A stretch of DNA of 64,000 nucleotides from Pseudopedobacter sp. (GTDB taxonomy: Bacteria > Bacteroidota > Bacteroidia > Sphingobacteriales > Sphingobacteriaceae), in contig JACMOI010000022.1 in assembly GCA_014378105.1 (NCBI GenBank), positions 792 to 64,791 on the forward strand, read 5' to 3'. The notes below the pieces were generated by a model, which saw only the letters and a list, made by a program, of their open reading frames with translations, searched no databases and was not told the DNA's origin. How positions within the stretch are numbered: the stretch's first letter is position 1; the number at the start of each line of letters is the position of its first letter. Shown in pieces: positions 41,398 to 52,100 of the stretch. The translations under genes and the position numbers were made by a program.

Positions 41398-42744
41398 ATG
41401 AAAATCCCCAAAATCAAACTCAGTTTCTGGCAAATCATCAATATGAATTTTGGGTTTTTTGGCCTACAATATAGCTTCGGTTTACAGCAAGCTAATATGA
41501 GTCCTATATACTCTTATTTAGGTGCCGAAGAAAGTAAATTACCTTATTTGTGGCTAGCTGGTCCTATTACGGGATTGATTATTCAACCTATCGTAGGTGC
41601 TTTAAGTGATAAAACCGTTACCAAATGGGGTAGAAGAACACCATATTTTTTAATAGGTGCAATTTTTTGTAGTCTTTGTTTATTCATTATGCCATATAGC
41701 AGTTCAGTTTGGATGGCAGCTAGTATTTTATGGATTTTAGATGCTGCAAATAACATTACCCAAGAGCCTTATAGAGCATTTGTAAGTGATAAGTTAGATA
41801 AAGAACAACATGCCTTAGGTTTTTTGACTCAAAGCGCTTTCACGGGTTTGGGTCAAACACTTTCTTATTTAACACCTACGCTACTCATATTTTTTGGAAT
41901 TAGTAAAATGGCTGTCAATGAAAGTGGCATACCAGTAACCACTATGATTGCCTTTTTAATAGGATCAGTAGTTTCCATAGGTTCTATTTTGTGGACATTA
42001 AAAACAACAAAAGAGATTCCTTTAACAAAAGAAGAGATATCCGAAATCAGACAGTCACCGGTAGGAGTAAAATCTACTTTTAAAGATATTTGGGAGGCAG
42101 TAAAAGATATGCCAAGTGCTATGAAACAAATGATACCAATGATGTTTTTTACTTGGTATGCAATGTTTATTTATTGGATATATATTGCAAAAACATTATC
42201 GAGATCAGTATTTGGAGCAACTGAATCTGGTGCTACAGGATTTAGAGACGCTGATATTTTATCTGGTCAAATAGGGGCATTTTATAATTTTATTGCTTTT
42301 GTGTCAGCATTTGGACTAGCATGGCTTGCAAAGAAATATGGCCCTAAATATATACACGCTATTTGTTTGAGCTTGGCCGGAATTGGTCTTTTAATTCTCC
42401 CATCCATTCATAATCCAACATATGTGTTTATTCCGATGATTGGGATGGGGCTTTCATGGGCAAGTATGATGGGTAATCCTTATATTATGTTGGCAGGGAG
42501 TATTCCATCTGAGCGAACAGGAGTTTATATGGGTATTTTTAATATGTTTATTGTGTTACCCATGTTATTACAAAATGTAACCATGCCATTATATTATGAA
42601 AGTTGGTTAGATAATAACCCAATTAACGCAATGAAATTAGCGGGAAGTATGTTGCTAATGGGGGCTATATGTACTTTATTTATAAAATACAAAAGAAATA
42701 ACTCTACTACTGGTGAAATGATAAATAAACCAGGTGGACATTGA
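41398..42744 (+). CDS. MFS sugar:cation symporter (sucrose/maltose-transporter-like)
   Basis: WLAGPITGLIIQPIVGALSD, WGRRTPYF, QEPYRAFVSD, GVYMGIFNMFIVLP; about 12 TM segments. Confidence 0.88.
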   Translation: MKIPKIKLSFWQIINMNFGFFGLQYSFGLQQANMSPIYSYLGAEESKLPYLWLAGPITGLIIQPIVGALSDKTVTKWGRRTPYFLIGAIFCSLCLFIMPYSSSVWMAASILWILDAANNITQEPYRAFVSDKLDKEQHALGFLTQSAFTGLGQTLSYLTPTLLIFFGISKMAVNESGIPVTTMIAFLIGSVVSIGSILWTLKTTKEIPLTKEEISEIRQSPVGVKSTFKDIWEAVKDMPSAMKQMIPMMFFTWYAMFIYWIYIAKTLSRSVFGATESGATGFRDADILSGQIGAFYNFIAFVSAFGLAWLAKKYGPKYIHAICLSLAGIGLLILPSIHNPTYVFIPMIGMGLSWASMMGNPYIMLAGSIPSERTGVYMGIFNMFIVLPMLLQNVTMPLYYESWLDNNPINAMKLAGSMLLMGAICTLFIKYKRNNSTTGEMINKPGGH

Positions 42745-43092
42745 TGTAAAATTTAAAAGCTTATTTTAAATTTAAACCTTATCAAATATAACGAAAGGAA
42801 GATTGGAAGCTTTTAGTTACAGTATAATTGCCGTCTTTATAAACTGATTTTAGAAATGAAAGTGACAAAAGGGGCAAATTTTAAATATTTATCATTAATA
42901 TTTAGCGTGTTTAGAAATTAAATCCTCAGTTTAAAACAGATTTAAAAATATTGCCGCACCTTTGATTTATGTGATTGTTTTATCGATTTCCTTTTTTAGT
43001 CCATTAATTGTTGATTTGCTTTATGTAATTGAGCCTATCCCTAACAAAAAAATAGAAAAAATTATAGCAAGAGTGGATTATAACTCTATTAG

Positions 43093-44286
43093 CTATACCT
43101 GAGGTAAAGTGATTTTAAATATTGCACCTTCATCTCCAGAAGAATCAATGGTAAAAGTTCCTTTTAGGCCAGCAATAAGATGTTTTACTAATGCTAATCC
43201 GAAACCATAACCTGTTTCTCCTCCTGTTCCGTTCGAAGAGTTTACAGAACCACTTAGAATTTCTTGTATTTTTTCTGGTGTAATTCCTGCTCCGCTATCT
43301 GATACAGTAATATAAAGATGATTTTTATTTTCCATTATTTGTAAATCAAGTTTAACCTTTACACTACCACCAAGCGGTGTGAATTTTAAAGCGTTGGATA
43401 CTAGGTTTCCAATAATTTGTAATAACTTATCTTTTGAAAACGGGACTTGAGCCACTTCACTATTTATAGTCACTTCAAAATGTATAGTCTTATTTAGTGC
43501 TTGCGGTGCATACAATTTCTCTAGTTTATCTTTTAACACTAACAAATTGAACTCATTAGATTGGAGTTTAAGCGTTTGTTTATCGCCACTTAAAATTTCA
43601 TCTGCAAGTTCCAATAATGAAGTGCCACTTTTTTGGATCAATTTGATAAACTCCAGAACTTCCTCTAGTTTATTTTCATCACCTTGTTCGCTAATTAATT
43701 GTGCGAGACCAATGATACCGCCCAACGGTCCTCTAATATCATGAGCTACCTTTTTATTAGTTTCTTTTGATTCTGCCAAGCTACTTTTTAAGTTTTCAAT
43801 TACTTTAAGAGCGGTTAGTCGGTTAACAATCTCATTCGCAATAATCTTAAGTAGCTCAATTTTTTCTGGAGAAATTTCTTTTAAATTGGAATCAAGCACA
43901 CACAATGCGCCTATATTTACCCCACTACTGGTTTGTAGAGGCACACCTAAGTAATATTTTAACTTATTTTCATCAGCTACATAAAACTTTTTACTGAAGC
44001 GCTCATCAATCGTTAAATCTTTAACTTCGAATTCAGAATCTTCTAGGATAGTGTATTGGCAAACAGAATCTTCCCTTGGCATTTGATTGATATCTAAGCC
44101 ATGTGAAGAAATTGTCCATTGCGTGTAAGAATCAATTAAATTGATTAAGGAAATAGGGGTACCTGCAACTTTAGCTGCCAGTAAAGTCAAGTCTTTAAAG
44201 TTTGACTCTAAGTCACTATAATCTAAGTCAAATTCTGAAAGGCTTGTTAACCTTTCCATCTCATTTTCAGGAACTGGAGCTTGCAT
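43093..44286 (-). CDS. Cytoplasmic GAF sensor histidine kinase
   Basis: GAF YYLGVPL..IGALCV; AHDIRGPL; NLVSNALKF; GYGFGL. Confidence 0.9.
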   Translation of the reverse strand: MQAPVPENEMERLTSLSEFDLDYSDLESNFKDLTLLAAKVAGTPISLINLIDSYTQWTISSHGLDINQMPREDSVCQYTILEDSEFEVKDLTIDERFSKKFYVADENKLKYYLGVPLQTSSGVNIGALCVLDSNLKEISPEKIELLKIIANEIVNRLTALKVIENLKSSLAESKETNKKVAHDIRGPLGGIIGLAQLISEQGDENKLEEVLEFIKLIQKSGTSLLELADEILSGDKQTLKLQSNEFNLLVLKDKLEKLYAPQALNKTIHFEVTINSEVAQVPFSKDKLLQIIGNLVSNALKFTPLGGSVKVKLDLQIMENKNHLYITVSDSGAGITPEKIQEILSGSVNSSNGTGGETGYGFGLALVKHLIAGLKGTFTIDSSGDEGAIFKITLPQV

Positions 44287-44314
44287 TTTTTATTAACTGA
44301 AGTAATTAAATCAA

Positions 44315-45568
44315 TTATTTTAATTTATTTAACGCTGTCCTAATTTGCGGTATTTTATTTTCAATGTCTGCTGCAGAACACGCACCAACTGAAGCTCTAT
44401 ACCAACATACATCTTCTGTGCCAAAAGCCGAAAATGGAACTAAAGCGATATTTGCTTCCTTAATCAAGTAAAAATTGAGTTTTGCAGGGGTGTCTAAAAC
44501 TTCACCATTTGGCGTTGTTTTTCCCACATAATCAATTTTTATTGTTAAGTAAATTGCGCCCATTGGAGGAATAGCTTCAATTGCAAAACCTTCTTTTTTT
44601 AAAGTCATTAAGCCTTCATATAAGGCGTTTAAACTTTTTTTGATCTTGGCCTTAAAATTAACTAAAAACGTATCTACTGATGCTGTATCACTTAAAAATT
44701 TAGCAGTTGCAACTTGCTCTGCTTTTGGTGACCAAGCCCCCATATGACCAATAATAGCTTTCATTTTACCAATGATATTCAATGGGCCAAAACCCCAACC
44801 AACCCTCACTCCTGTCGCGGCAAAACATTTTGAGCCTCCATCAATAAAAATGGTATAATCCCTCATTTCAGGTACTAAACTTACTGGATCAACATGTTGA
44901 TGATCTCCGAAAGTTAATTGTGAATAAATTTGATCATAAAGAATATAAAGTGGTTTTTCTTGTGCACTTCTTGATTTATTTTCTTCTAAAACCAGCTCAC
45001 ATATTTCTTTTAAACCTTCAGCAGAAAACATTGTTCCTGTAGGATTTAATGGAGAGCATAGCGCTAATAAAGTTGCGCCTTTAACATGAGGTTTTAAATC
45101 AGCCGCGGTAGGCATAAAATTATTCTCAGGCAAGGTCGGAACGGCGACACCATTTGTACTTAACAAGTGTACATAATGGTTATTATTCCATGATGGCGCA
45201 GGATAAATCACCTTATCTCCTGGATCTAATAAAGCTAAATAAGTAGCATAAATTAATGGTCTAGAGCCACCAGAAATCAGAATTTCGTTAGTAGCATAAT
45301 TTAAACCTTGTCTGGTTTTTATGAAAGAAGAAACACTTTCTCTTAACGCTAAAACACCATCTGCTGGTGGATAATTAGTTTGTTTATCAGCGTAAGCAGC
45401 AACGATATTTTTCTCTAATTGTGCTGGAATTGGAAATATTTGCGGATCAAAATCACCGATGGTTAAATTGGCAACTTTAATTCCTTTGGCTTTCATTTCG
45501 TTTACTTCGCCGGCGATTTTAATAATCTCTGACAAAACTAAAGATTTTGCTAATGCTGATACTTTCAT
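44315..45568 (-). CDS. PLP-dependent class I/II (aspartate-type) aminotransferase
   Basis: SPLNPTG, YDQIY, SKCFAATGVRVGW. Confidence 0.9.
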   Translation of the reverse strand: MKVSALAKSLVLSEIIKIAGEVNEMKAKGIKVANLTIGDFDPQIFPIPAQLEKNIVAAYADKQTNYPPADGVLALRESVSSFIKTRQGLNYATNEILISGGSRPLIYATYLALLDPGDKVIYPAPSWNNNHYVHLLSTNGVAVPTLPENNFMPTAADLKPHVKGATLLALCSPLNPTGTMFSAEGLKEICELVLEENKSRSAQEKPLYILYDQIYSQLTFGDHQHVDPVSLVPEMRDYTIFIDGGSKCFAATGVRVGWGFGPLNIIGKMKAIIGHMGAWSPKAEQVATAKFLSDTASVDTFLVNFKAKIKKSLNALYEGLMTLKKEGFAIEAIPPMGAIYLTIKIDYVGKTTPNGEVLDTPAKLNFYLIKEANIALVPFSAFGTEDVCWYRASVGACSAADIENKIPQIRTALNKLK

Positions 45569-45589
45569 TAAAATTTATTTTTTGTGAGG

Positions 45590-45597
45590 CAAAGGTA
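45590..45597 (-). promoter_or_regulatory. -7 promoter element for the aminotransferase
   Basis: TACCTTTG on the minus strand. Confidence 0.6.
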
Positions 45598-45716
45598 AGA
45601 ATTATGATGAATCTGAAACAGGATATATGATTTGTTAAGCGTAATTTTTTTATAGTAATTTCAATTTTATAAATCAAAATCAATACCTTAGAAACACCCT
45701 AATTAATTGAAAAGGT

Positions 45717-46139
45717 ATGAAAAAAACATTTTTTTTATTTGTATTTGTTGCTTTAAGTTTTTCTGTATTTGCTCAAAATGCACAACAGAAGGTTGCTGCC
45801 GCAACTGAATTTTTGAGGCAGGCTTTAATAAGTGGCAATCAAATTGATTTAAAGAAAATTGTAGCTGATGATTTATCCTATGGGCATTCTAGTGGTGAAA
45901 TTCAGAATAAGATAGAATTTGTAAATGCGTTGGTATCCAAACAATCTGATTTTGTAACGATTGATTTAAAGGATCAAACCATAAAAATTATTGGGAGAAC
46001 GGCCATAGTAAGACATCTGCTTTATGCAACAACTAACGATGGGGGAAAACCAGGTGAAGTGAAGTTGGGGATCATGTTGGTTTTTGAAAAACAACATGGA
46101 GACTGGGTATTATTGGCTCGACAAGCTTATAAAATTTAA
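45717..46139 (+). CDS. Secreted NTF2-like (DUF4440) protein
   Basis: Signal peptide; LSYGHSSG, WVLLARQA. Confidence 0.82.
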   Translation: MKKTFFLFVFVALSFSVFAQNAQQKVAAATEFLRQALISGNQIDLKKIVADDLSYGHSSGEIQNKIEFVNALVSKQSDFVTIDLKDQTIKIIGRTAIVRHLLYATTNDGGKPGEVKLGIMLVFEKQHGDWVLLARQAYKI

Positions 46140-46702
46140 GTTCCTGATTTCTTTAAATGATCTTTTAATCTTTTGTCAAAAGCATCTATTTTCTCGATTT
46201 GAGTTTTTTGGATTTCGAACAAATTTTTCATTTGCTCTGCAATCAGTAAATCTATTTTTTCGTGAAGATTTCGTAATTCAATTTCTGATTTAAGGTTCAC
46301 CATGTAATCATCTTCAGATCTTCTTCTATCCCGTTCTTCTTTACGGTTCTGACTCATCATAATCACTGGTGCCTGAATAGCAGCAATACTAGAAAGTATA
46401 AGATTTAATAATATAAATGGATAGGGATCATAACCTTTGTCATGCAAGAGAAATACATTTAGCATCATCCATAAAACAAGAAATACAGAAAAAAGAATAA
46501 TAAAGCGCCAACTTCCACCAAAGGCAGCCACTTGGTCTGATAGTTTTTCTCCGTAGCTTTTTGGTTTTTCAAATTTCTCGTTTTTAAGCTTTTCAGATAG
46601 TAATTGTTCTTCATCAATCGCTTTTAAAACAATGTTATTTAGTTTTGCAAGATTTTGATTGTTGGTTTGAAGTAGGTTTTTATAATTCACTTTCTTTTCC
46701 AT
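46136..46702 (-). CDS. DUF1003 membrane protein
   Basis: FGGSWRFI, DPYPFILLNL, QAPVIMMSQNR. Confidence 0.9.
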   Translation of the reverse strand: MEKKVNYKNLLQTNNQNLAKLNNIVLKAIDEEQLLSEKLKNEKFEKPKSYGEKLSDQVAAFGGSWRFIILFSVFLVLWMMLNVFLLHDKGYDPYPFILLNLILSSIAAIQAPVIMMSQNRKEERDRRRSEDDYMVNLKSEIELRNLHEKIDLLIAEQMKNLFEIQKTQIEKIDAFDKRLKDHLKKSGT

Positions 46703-46804
46703 TAAAAAAATATATTTTATGTGAATTTACAGATTTATAAGCTGGTTTTTATAAAGATTTTGCTGGCTTAGGGTTTAGAAAAGTTTAATATTTGGGGTAA
46801 CGAA

Positions 46805-46848
46805 GCAGTGAAAAGCCCGGCCCCCGATTTTTCTTCGGGGGAGGCTCC
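46805..46848. repeat. GC-rich hairpin downstream of the prolyl oligopeptidase (terminator or REP-like element)
   Basis: CCCCCGA-tttttct-TCGGGGG flanked by AGCC/GGCT. Confidence 0.6.
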
Positions 46849-46858
46849 ATTTAATATT

Positions 46859-49018
46859 TTATTTCTGATAACTTAATCCCATATTCTGAAACATGAAGGT
46901 CCATTTATTAGCTTGCTCTTCTATAATTTTTGAAGTTGGTTTACCTGCCCCATGCCCTGCATTATGTGCTATGGCAATTAAGACAGGAGCTTTACCTGCT
47001 TGATATTCTTGCAAACGGGCAGCAAATTTAAATGAATGAGCAGGAACTACGCGATCATCATGATCTGCAGTTGTTATTAAGGTTGCTGGGTAAGCCACCC
47101 CTGCTTTTAAGGCACTGTAAGGCGAATATTTGTAAAGATATTCGAACATCTCTTTAGAATCTTCTGCAGTGCCATAATCATACGACCAACCAGCACCTGC
47201 CGTAAACTTATTGTAACGCAGCATATCCATTACGCCAACGGCAGGGAACGCGACTTTAAACATTTCTGGACGCTGCGTCATGGTAGCGCCAACCAAAAGT
47301 CCCCCGTTTGAGCCTCCTTCAATAGCCAAATATTCTGTTGATGTGTATTTTTGATCGATAAGGTATTGTGCTGCAGCAATGAAATCATCAAATACGTTTT
47401 GCTTTTTCATTTTGGTTCCAGCATTGTGCCATTTCTCACCGTATTCTCCACCGCCACGTAAATTAGGAACTGCATAAATACCACCTTGTTCCAATAAAAT
47501 AATATTTGAGACACTAAAAGCAGGGGTAAGGCTGATGTTGAATCCTCCGTAAGCATATAAAAGGGTTGGGTTTTTACCATTTAATTCTATGCCTTTTTTG
47601 TAGGTAATGATCATCGGGATTTTGGTACCGTCTTTTGATTTATAGAAAACTTGTTTTGATTCATATTGCTCAGGGTCAAATTGAACACCCGATTTTTTAT
47701 AAATTTCTGACTGCCCATTATCCAAATGATACTTGAAAATTGTGGCAGGGTAAACGTAAGAAGTGAAAGTAAAGTAAATATCTTTCTCGTTCTTTTTTGC
47801 AGAAAAACCGGATGCTGTTCCAATTCCTGGTAATGCAATCTCGCGTTCTTTTGTACCATTCATGTCAAACTGTAAAACTTGAGAAATGGCATCTTTTAAA
47901 TAACTGGCGAATATTTTACCACCGCCAGTAGAAATACTCAAAACATTTTCGGTTTCTGGAATTAAATCTTTCCAATTAGCTGGAGCTGGATTTGCAATGT
48001 CAGCCGTGGTTAAACGATAATTTGGTGCATTTAAATTGGTATAAATATATAATAGACTACCAACACTGTTGGTTACGCTTTGCTCACTATCAAAACCTCC
48101 AACAACTTTTACAATACTGCTGCTAGACCTACTTAAATCTTTTACATAAAGCTCATTTCCTGATGTAGAATTTGCCGCTGTGATGACCAAAAATCTTTCA
48201 TCCTCAGTTAAATAAGCGCCAATATATCTCCGTTTGGTTTGGTCGCCACCAAAGATTAGTTGGTCAGTATTTTGGGGTGTACCCAACTTATGGAAATATA
48301 GTTTATGATATTGGGTTAAGCCTGATAATTGTGAACCATCAGTTGGTTTATCATAACTGCTGTAATAAAAACCTTCAGTCTCTTTCCATGCAATTCCCGA
48401 GAATTTTATATCTGCTAAAGTGTCTCCTACTACGGTTTTATCTGATGTTTTTAAAACGATGACTTTACGCCAGTCAGATCCACCTTCTGAGATTTGATAA
48501 GCTGCTAAGCTTCCGTCTTTGGAGAAATCAATTCCTGCTAAGGAAGTAGTAGCGTCTGCGGAAAATTGATTGGGATCTAAAAAAACTTCTGGCGGACCTT
48601 CGCCAATTTGGCGATATAAAACTGCTTGATTTTGTAAACCATCATTTTTATAGAAATAGGTGTATTTGCCTTCTTTAAACGGTGCTGAGAATTTCTCGTA
48701 ATTCCATAAAACTTCTAATCTTTTTTTAATGGCATCCTGATAAGGAATTTGTGAGAAGTAATTATCAGTTACTTTATTTTCTGCAATTACCCAAGTCTTG
48801 GTTTCTGCGGAGGTATCATTTTCTAACCAACGGTAAGGATCGGGAACTTTGGTCCCAAAATAATCATCTACCACATCACCTTTTGTAGTTTGTGGGTAAG
48901 GCATGTTGTTAATGGTGTCTGCCGGAGCAATCATATGGTCTGAAGTATTTGTTGTTTTACTATTGCAGCCTGCTAATATCGCAACTGCAGGAATGAAGAA
49001 TAAGGCTAACTTTCTCAT
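46859..49018 (-). CDS. Prolyl oligopeptidase (S9A), lipoprotein
   Basis: Lipobox LAGC; DPYRWLE, GGSNGG, DHDDRV, AGHG catalytic triad. Confidence 0.96.
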   Translation of the reverse strand: MRKLALFFIPAVAILAGCNSKTTNTSDHMIAPADTINNMPYPQTTKGDVVDDYFGTKVPDPYRWLENDTSAETKTWVIAENKVTDNYFSQIPYQDAIKKRLEVLWNYEKFSAPFKEGKYTYFYKNDGLQNQAVLYRQIGEGPPEVFLDPNQFSADATTSLAGIDFSKDGSLAAYQISEGGSDWRKVIVLKTSDKTVVGDTLADIKFSGIAWKETEGFYYSSYDKPTDGSQLSGLTQYHKLYFHKLGTPQNTDQLIFGGDQTKRRYIGAYLTEDERFLVITAANSTSGNELYVKDLSRSSSSIVKVVGGFDSEQSVTNSVGSLLYIYTNLNAPNYRLTTADIANPAPANWKDLIPETENVLSISTGGGKIFASYLKDAISQVLQFDMNGTKEREIALPGIGTASGFSAKKNEKDIYFTFTSYVYPATIFKYHLDNGQSEIYKKSGVQFDPEQYESKQVFYKSKDGTKIPMIITYKKGIELNGKNPTLLYAYGGFNISLTPAFSVSNIILLEQGGIYAVPNLRGGGEYGEKWHNAGTKMKKQNVFDDFIAAAQYLIDQKYTSTEYLAIEGGSNGGLLVGATMTQRPEMFKVAFPAVGVMDMLRYNKFTAGAGWSYDYGTAEDSKEMFEYLYKYSPYSALKAGVAYPATLITTADHDDRVVPAHSFKFAARLQEYQAGKAPVLIAIAHNAGHGAGKPTSKIIEEQANKWTFMFQNMGLSYQK

Positions 49019-49103
49019 TTTAAAATAATTTGGCTTTTGATAAAGCTAACTATCTAAATTTCAAATACCTTAAAAAGGTTGTAAAAATTTGGTTGAAATT
49101 CTT

Positions 49104-52100
49104 TTACTGAATTGTAAATCTCAAATTAACGCCAAAGTTAGTAAAGGCAGTTACAAAAGTTTGTGAAGTATAAGGCTTGGTTACGTTCGAATCGTAAAAT
49201 AAACGGAGGTTAAATCTTTGATTAATCACATAGTCTATGCTCGGCCTAAAAGTAATATTTTTAGAACCTGCAGAAATCTCTGGATCATTTACATCAGCTC
49301 TGTAAATCACAGTTTTATTATCTCTAATGGCTACATCCATTTTAAAATTTAAATCATTTTTAAGGTTAAAGTTCCTGAATAGACCAAACGGAAATCTGAA
49401 ATCTGATGTACGGTAACCAAAACCAATAACAAAGGCTTGATCTTTTTGAGAAGCTAATTGACTATTGGATAATCCCAAACTTAAGGAGCGTGATTTACGA
49501 TATTCGACATTAGCAGTCATGTTATTTTTCATTCGCATATCAATACCTAAAAGTGGGACGAATTGTTCGAATAAAGTGATTTGCGAGAATTGGTAGAAGG
49601 GTAAGAAATTACTTTCGGCATCTCTCACATTTACAGCACCGTTGATTTGCGAATAACGAATCAAAGAGTTAAAACCATTGACATTATAAGTAGAACTATA
49701 ACTATGTGTTAAATCAAAAGACGAGAATATTTTACTTAAGGCATCAAGCTTTGCTAAACCATTATAGGTAATTCGCCAGTTTGGAACTGGGATTTTAGGA
49801 AATTTATTTAGGCTTACTTTATCAGCACCTTTGTTCTGATAAGCAGCTAAAAATGCGGGAATTACTACATCTTGGGCATTTTTACCATAACCATCAGCAA
49901 ATTCGCCAATTACACCAGCTGAGTTTGGATTATCACGACCTAATCTTTGAGAAACCAAAGAACGATTTGTTATAAATTGGTTGAAAACTTGTGAGGCTTT
50001 AGCATTTCCTTTATCTCTAAAAGCGCTACCCAAAGAAATAATAGAAATGCTGTAATTTCCAGAAGTAATTGGGCTCAAACTTTGGAAACCACTTGTCGCA
50101 TTTGAATATCTAAAATTGGTCGAATAAGTCTTACTGTCATCTTTAAAAGCCGTTAACTCGATTCTAAAATCTTTAAAAGGCTCTATTGTCCCACGTAAAT
50201 TTAGCTTTTGATTAAGATTTGTTAAATAAAGCTGATTTTGCAGCGTGTCTTGAGTTAGCCAACCATTTGATAAAGCTTTGCCCCTGATATCTTGTTGTGA
50301 GCCTAAAATGAAGCCTACACCTGGAGCGTTTGCTTTAAAATCGTATCCAAAGGCATCAGTTTTTGGTAAATAACCAGGTAAGAATGTACCATCGTTTCTG
50401 ATGTAAGAGCCACTTAGGTTTTTTACACTCGTTAATAAATTCAAGAAAAATTTACTCACACCACTACCCTCATAATTTGGGTCGTTAAGCCTTCGATATA
50501 ATCCGAATTTATTATAGAGTAAATTCATATTTAAGGTTGGATTTAGCTGAATAGTTCTGGAGTTTTGAATGGTATTTCCAAAATTAATTTCAGGACTATT
50601 TAAACTGATCAACGGTTCAGTTATCCAGTTAAACTGAGTTTGGTAACGTGTAATTAAATTGATAAAATCTAAACCTGGTATTTTATTAATTGGGACCGAA
50701 TAAGACAAACTAACGGTATGATTATAGTTTGTGGTTCGGCCCAGTTTTTTTAGATTTTCCCATAAGGTGTCTCTTTTTAAACCAGTAATTCTTCCTTGGG
50801 GTTCATCTACAACAGAAAGATTTGTGGCGTTAAAATCTAACTTTAAAGATTTTGTTAAATCCCAACTGATACCGTATAAACGATTGATTTGGAAGTTTTT
50901 GTTGAATGTGGTCCTTATCGGGATGAAATTATTTGGATCATTATCACGTAAAGTATTTTCAGAGTATAAACGATTAAGTTCAATTCTGAAATTTAACACC
51001 GATGGTAATAAACTAAAATTAAAATCTTTAATTAATCCTAATGATTTTGATTTGATGAGCTTATCAAATGGAGTAATAAACTTTGCAGGATTATTATAAT
51101 TATAGCCTAAAGCACCACGATAAGTTTTTTGAACCGCGTTTTGATTGATAAAATCATGATGTCCATATTCTGTATAAGCATAAGTCAAATTCCAATTTTC
51201 GATATCCCATAGATGATTTTTTACAGTTGGATCAGTTTTAATCTTACGAACATTGGTAAAGTTGATGCTTCGCCTTTGGGTGAAATCCTGTGCATAATTC
51301 AAAATAGAATCTCTTACCGAATTCGAAACCTGATCTAATACATTTTTAAGCTTAATATCTAGATTTTTTGGATCGTATTGCGGAGTACTTAACTGACTAG
51401 AATAGTTAATGTACATAGGGATTTTTAAACCTGATTTTTGAGGGAAGAATTTTCCAAGCTCAAAGCTGGAGGAGACATCAAAAAATCGATCATCCGAACG
51501 GTTTAACTCGCTTACTCGTTTATCTAAAGATCCAAAACCTATAGTGCTTTTATTTGCAGAAACAGTAACATCTCCAAAATCAGCTAGTTTTGCATTTAAT
51601 CTTGCCGTTGCTGCCCAACCGCCACTTTCATCAAAATCTGTTAAACGTAATTCGTTAAACCATAAATTAACACTTTTATCCAAACCGTCATCCGTAGAAC
51701 CGTTGGTTTTTAGAGGATTTCTGGCACCCAGCATTAAAATTCTGATTTTACTTAAATCGGGCTGACCTTTTATGGTGATGGTATTTTTTCCGTCAGAAAT
51801 TGAATATGGGAGATTAATAGGCCAAGGCTGTCCATTTAGCATGGCCGTATTTCTGGCTACTTTAGCTTTTTGAAATAGGCTGAATTGGATATCAATATTG
51901 TTTTCTTCTGGCCAGATAACAGCAGGATCTTTTGATCCGGGAGCAGTTATTTTTGTAGGAATTTCATACTCATAAAAATTATCTTGATAATCTGTTCCTA
52001 ATCTGATAAAGGCAGTGATATCTTTATCTTTCAGAAAATCACCTTCAGCATGTACAAACATTTTTAAACGCTTATAAGAACGTACATCATTTAATGTGGT

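Noticed and set aside
42745-43092. Hidden gene or RNA in the 350-bp gap
   Set aside because: Only a 21-codon ORF and weak AT-rich stems; nothing supportable
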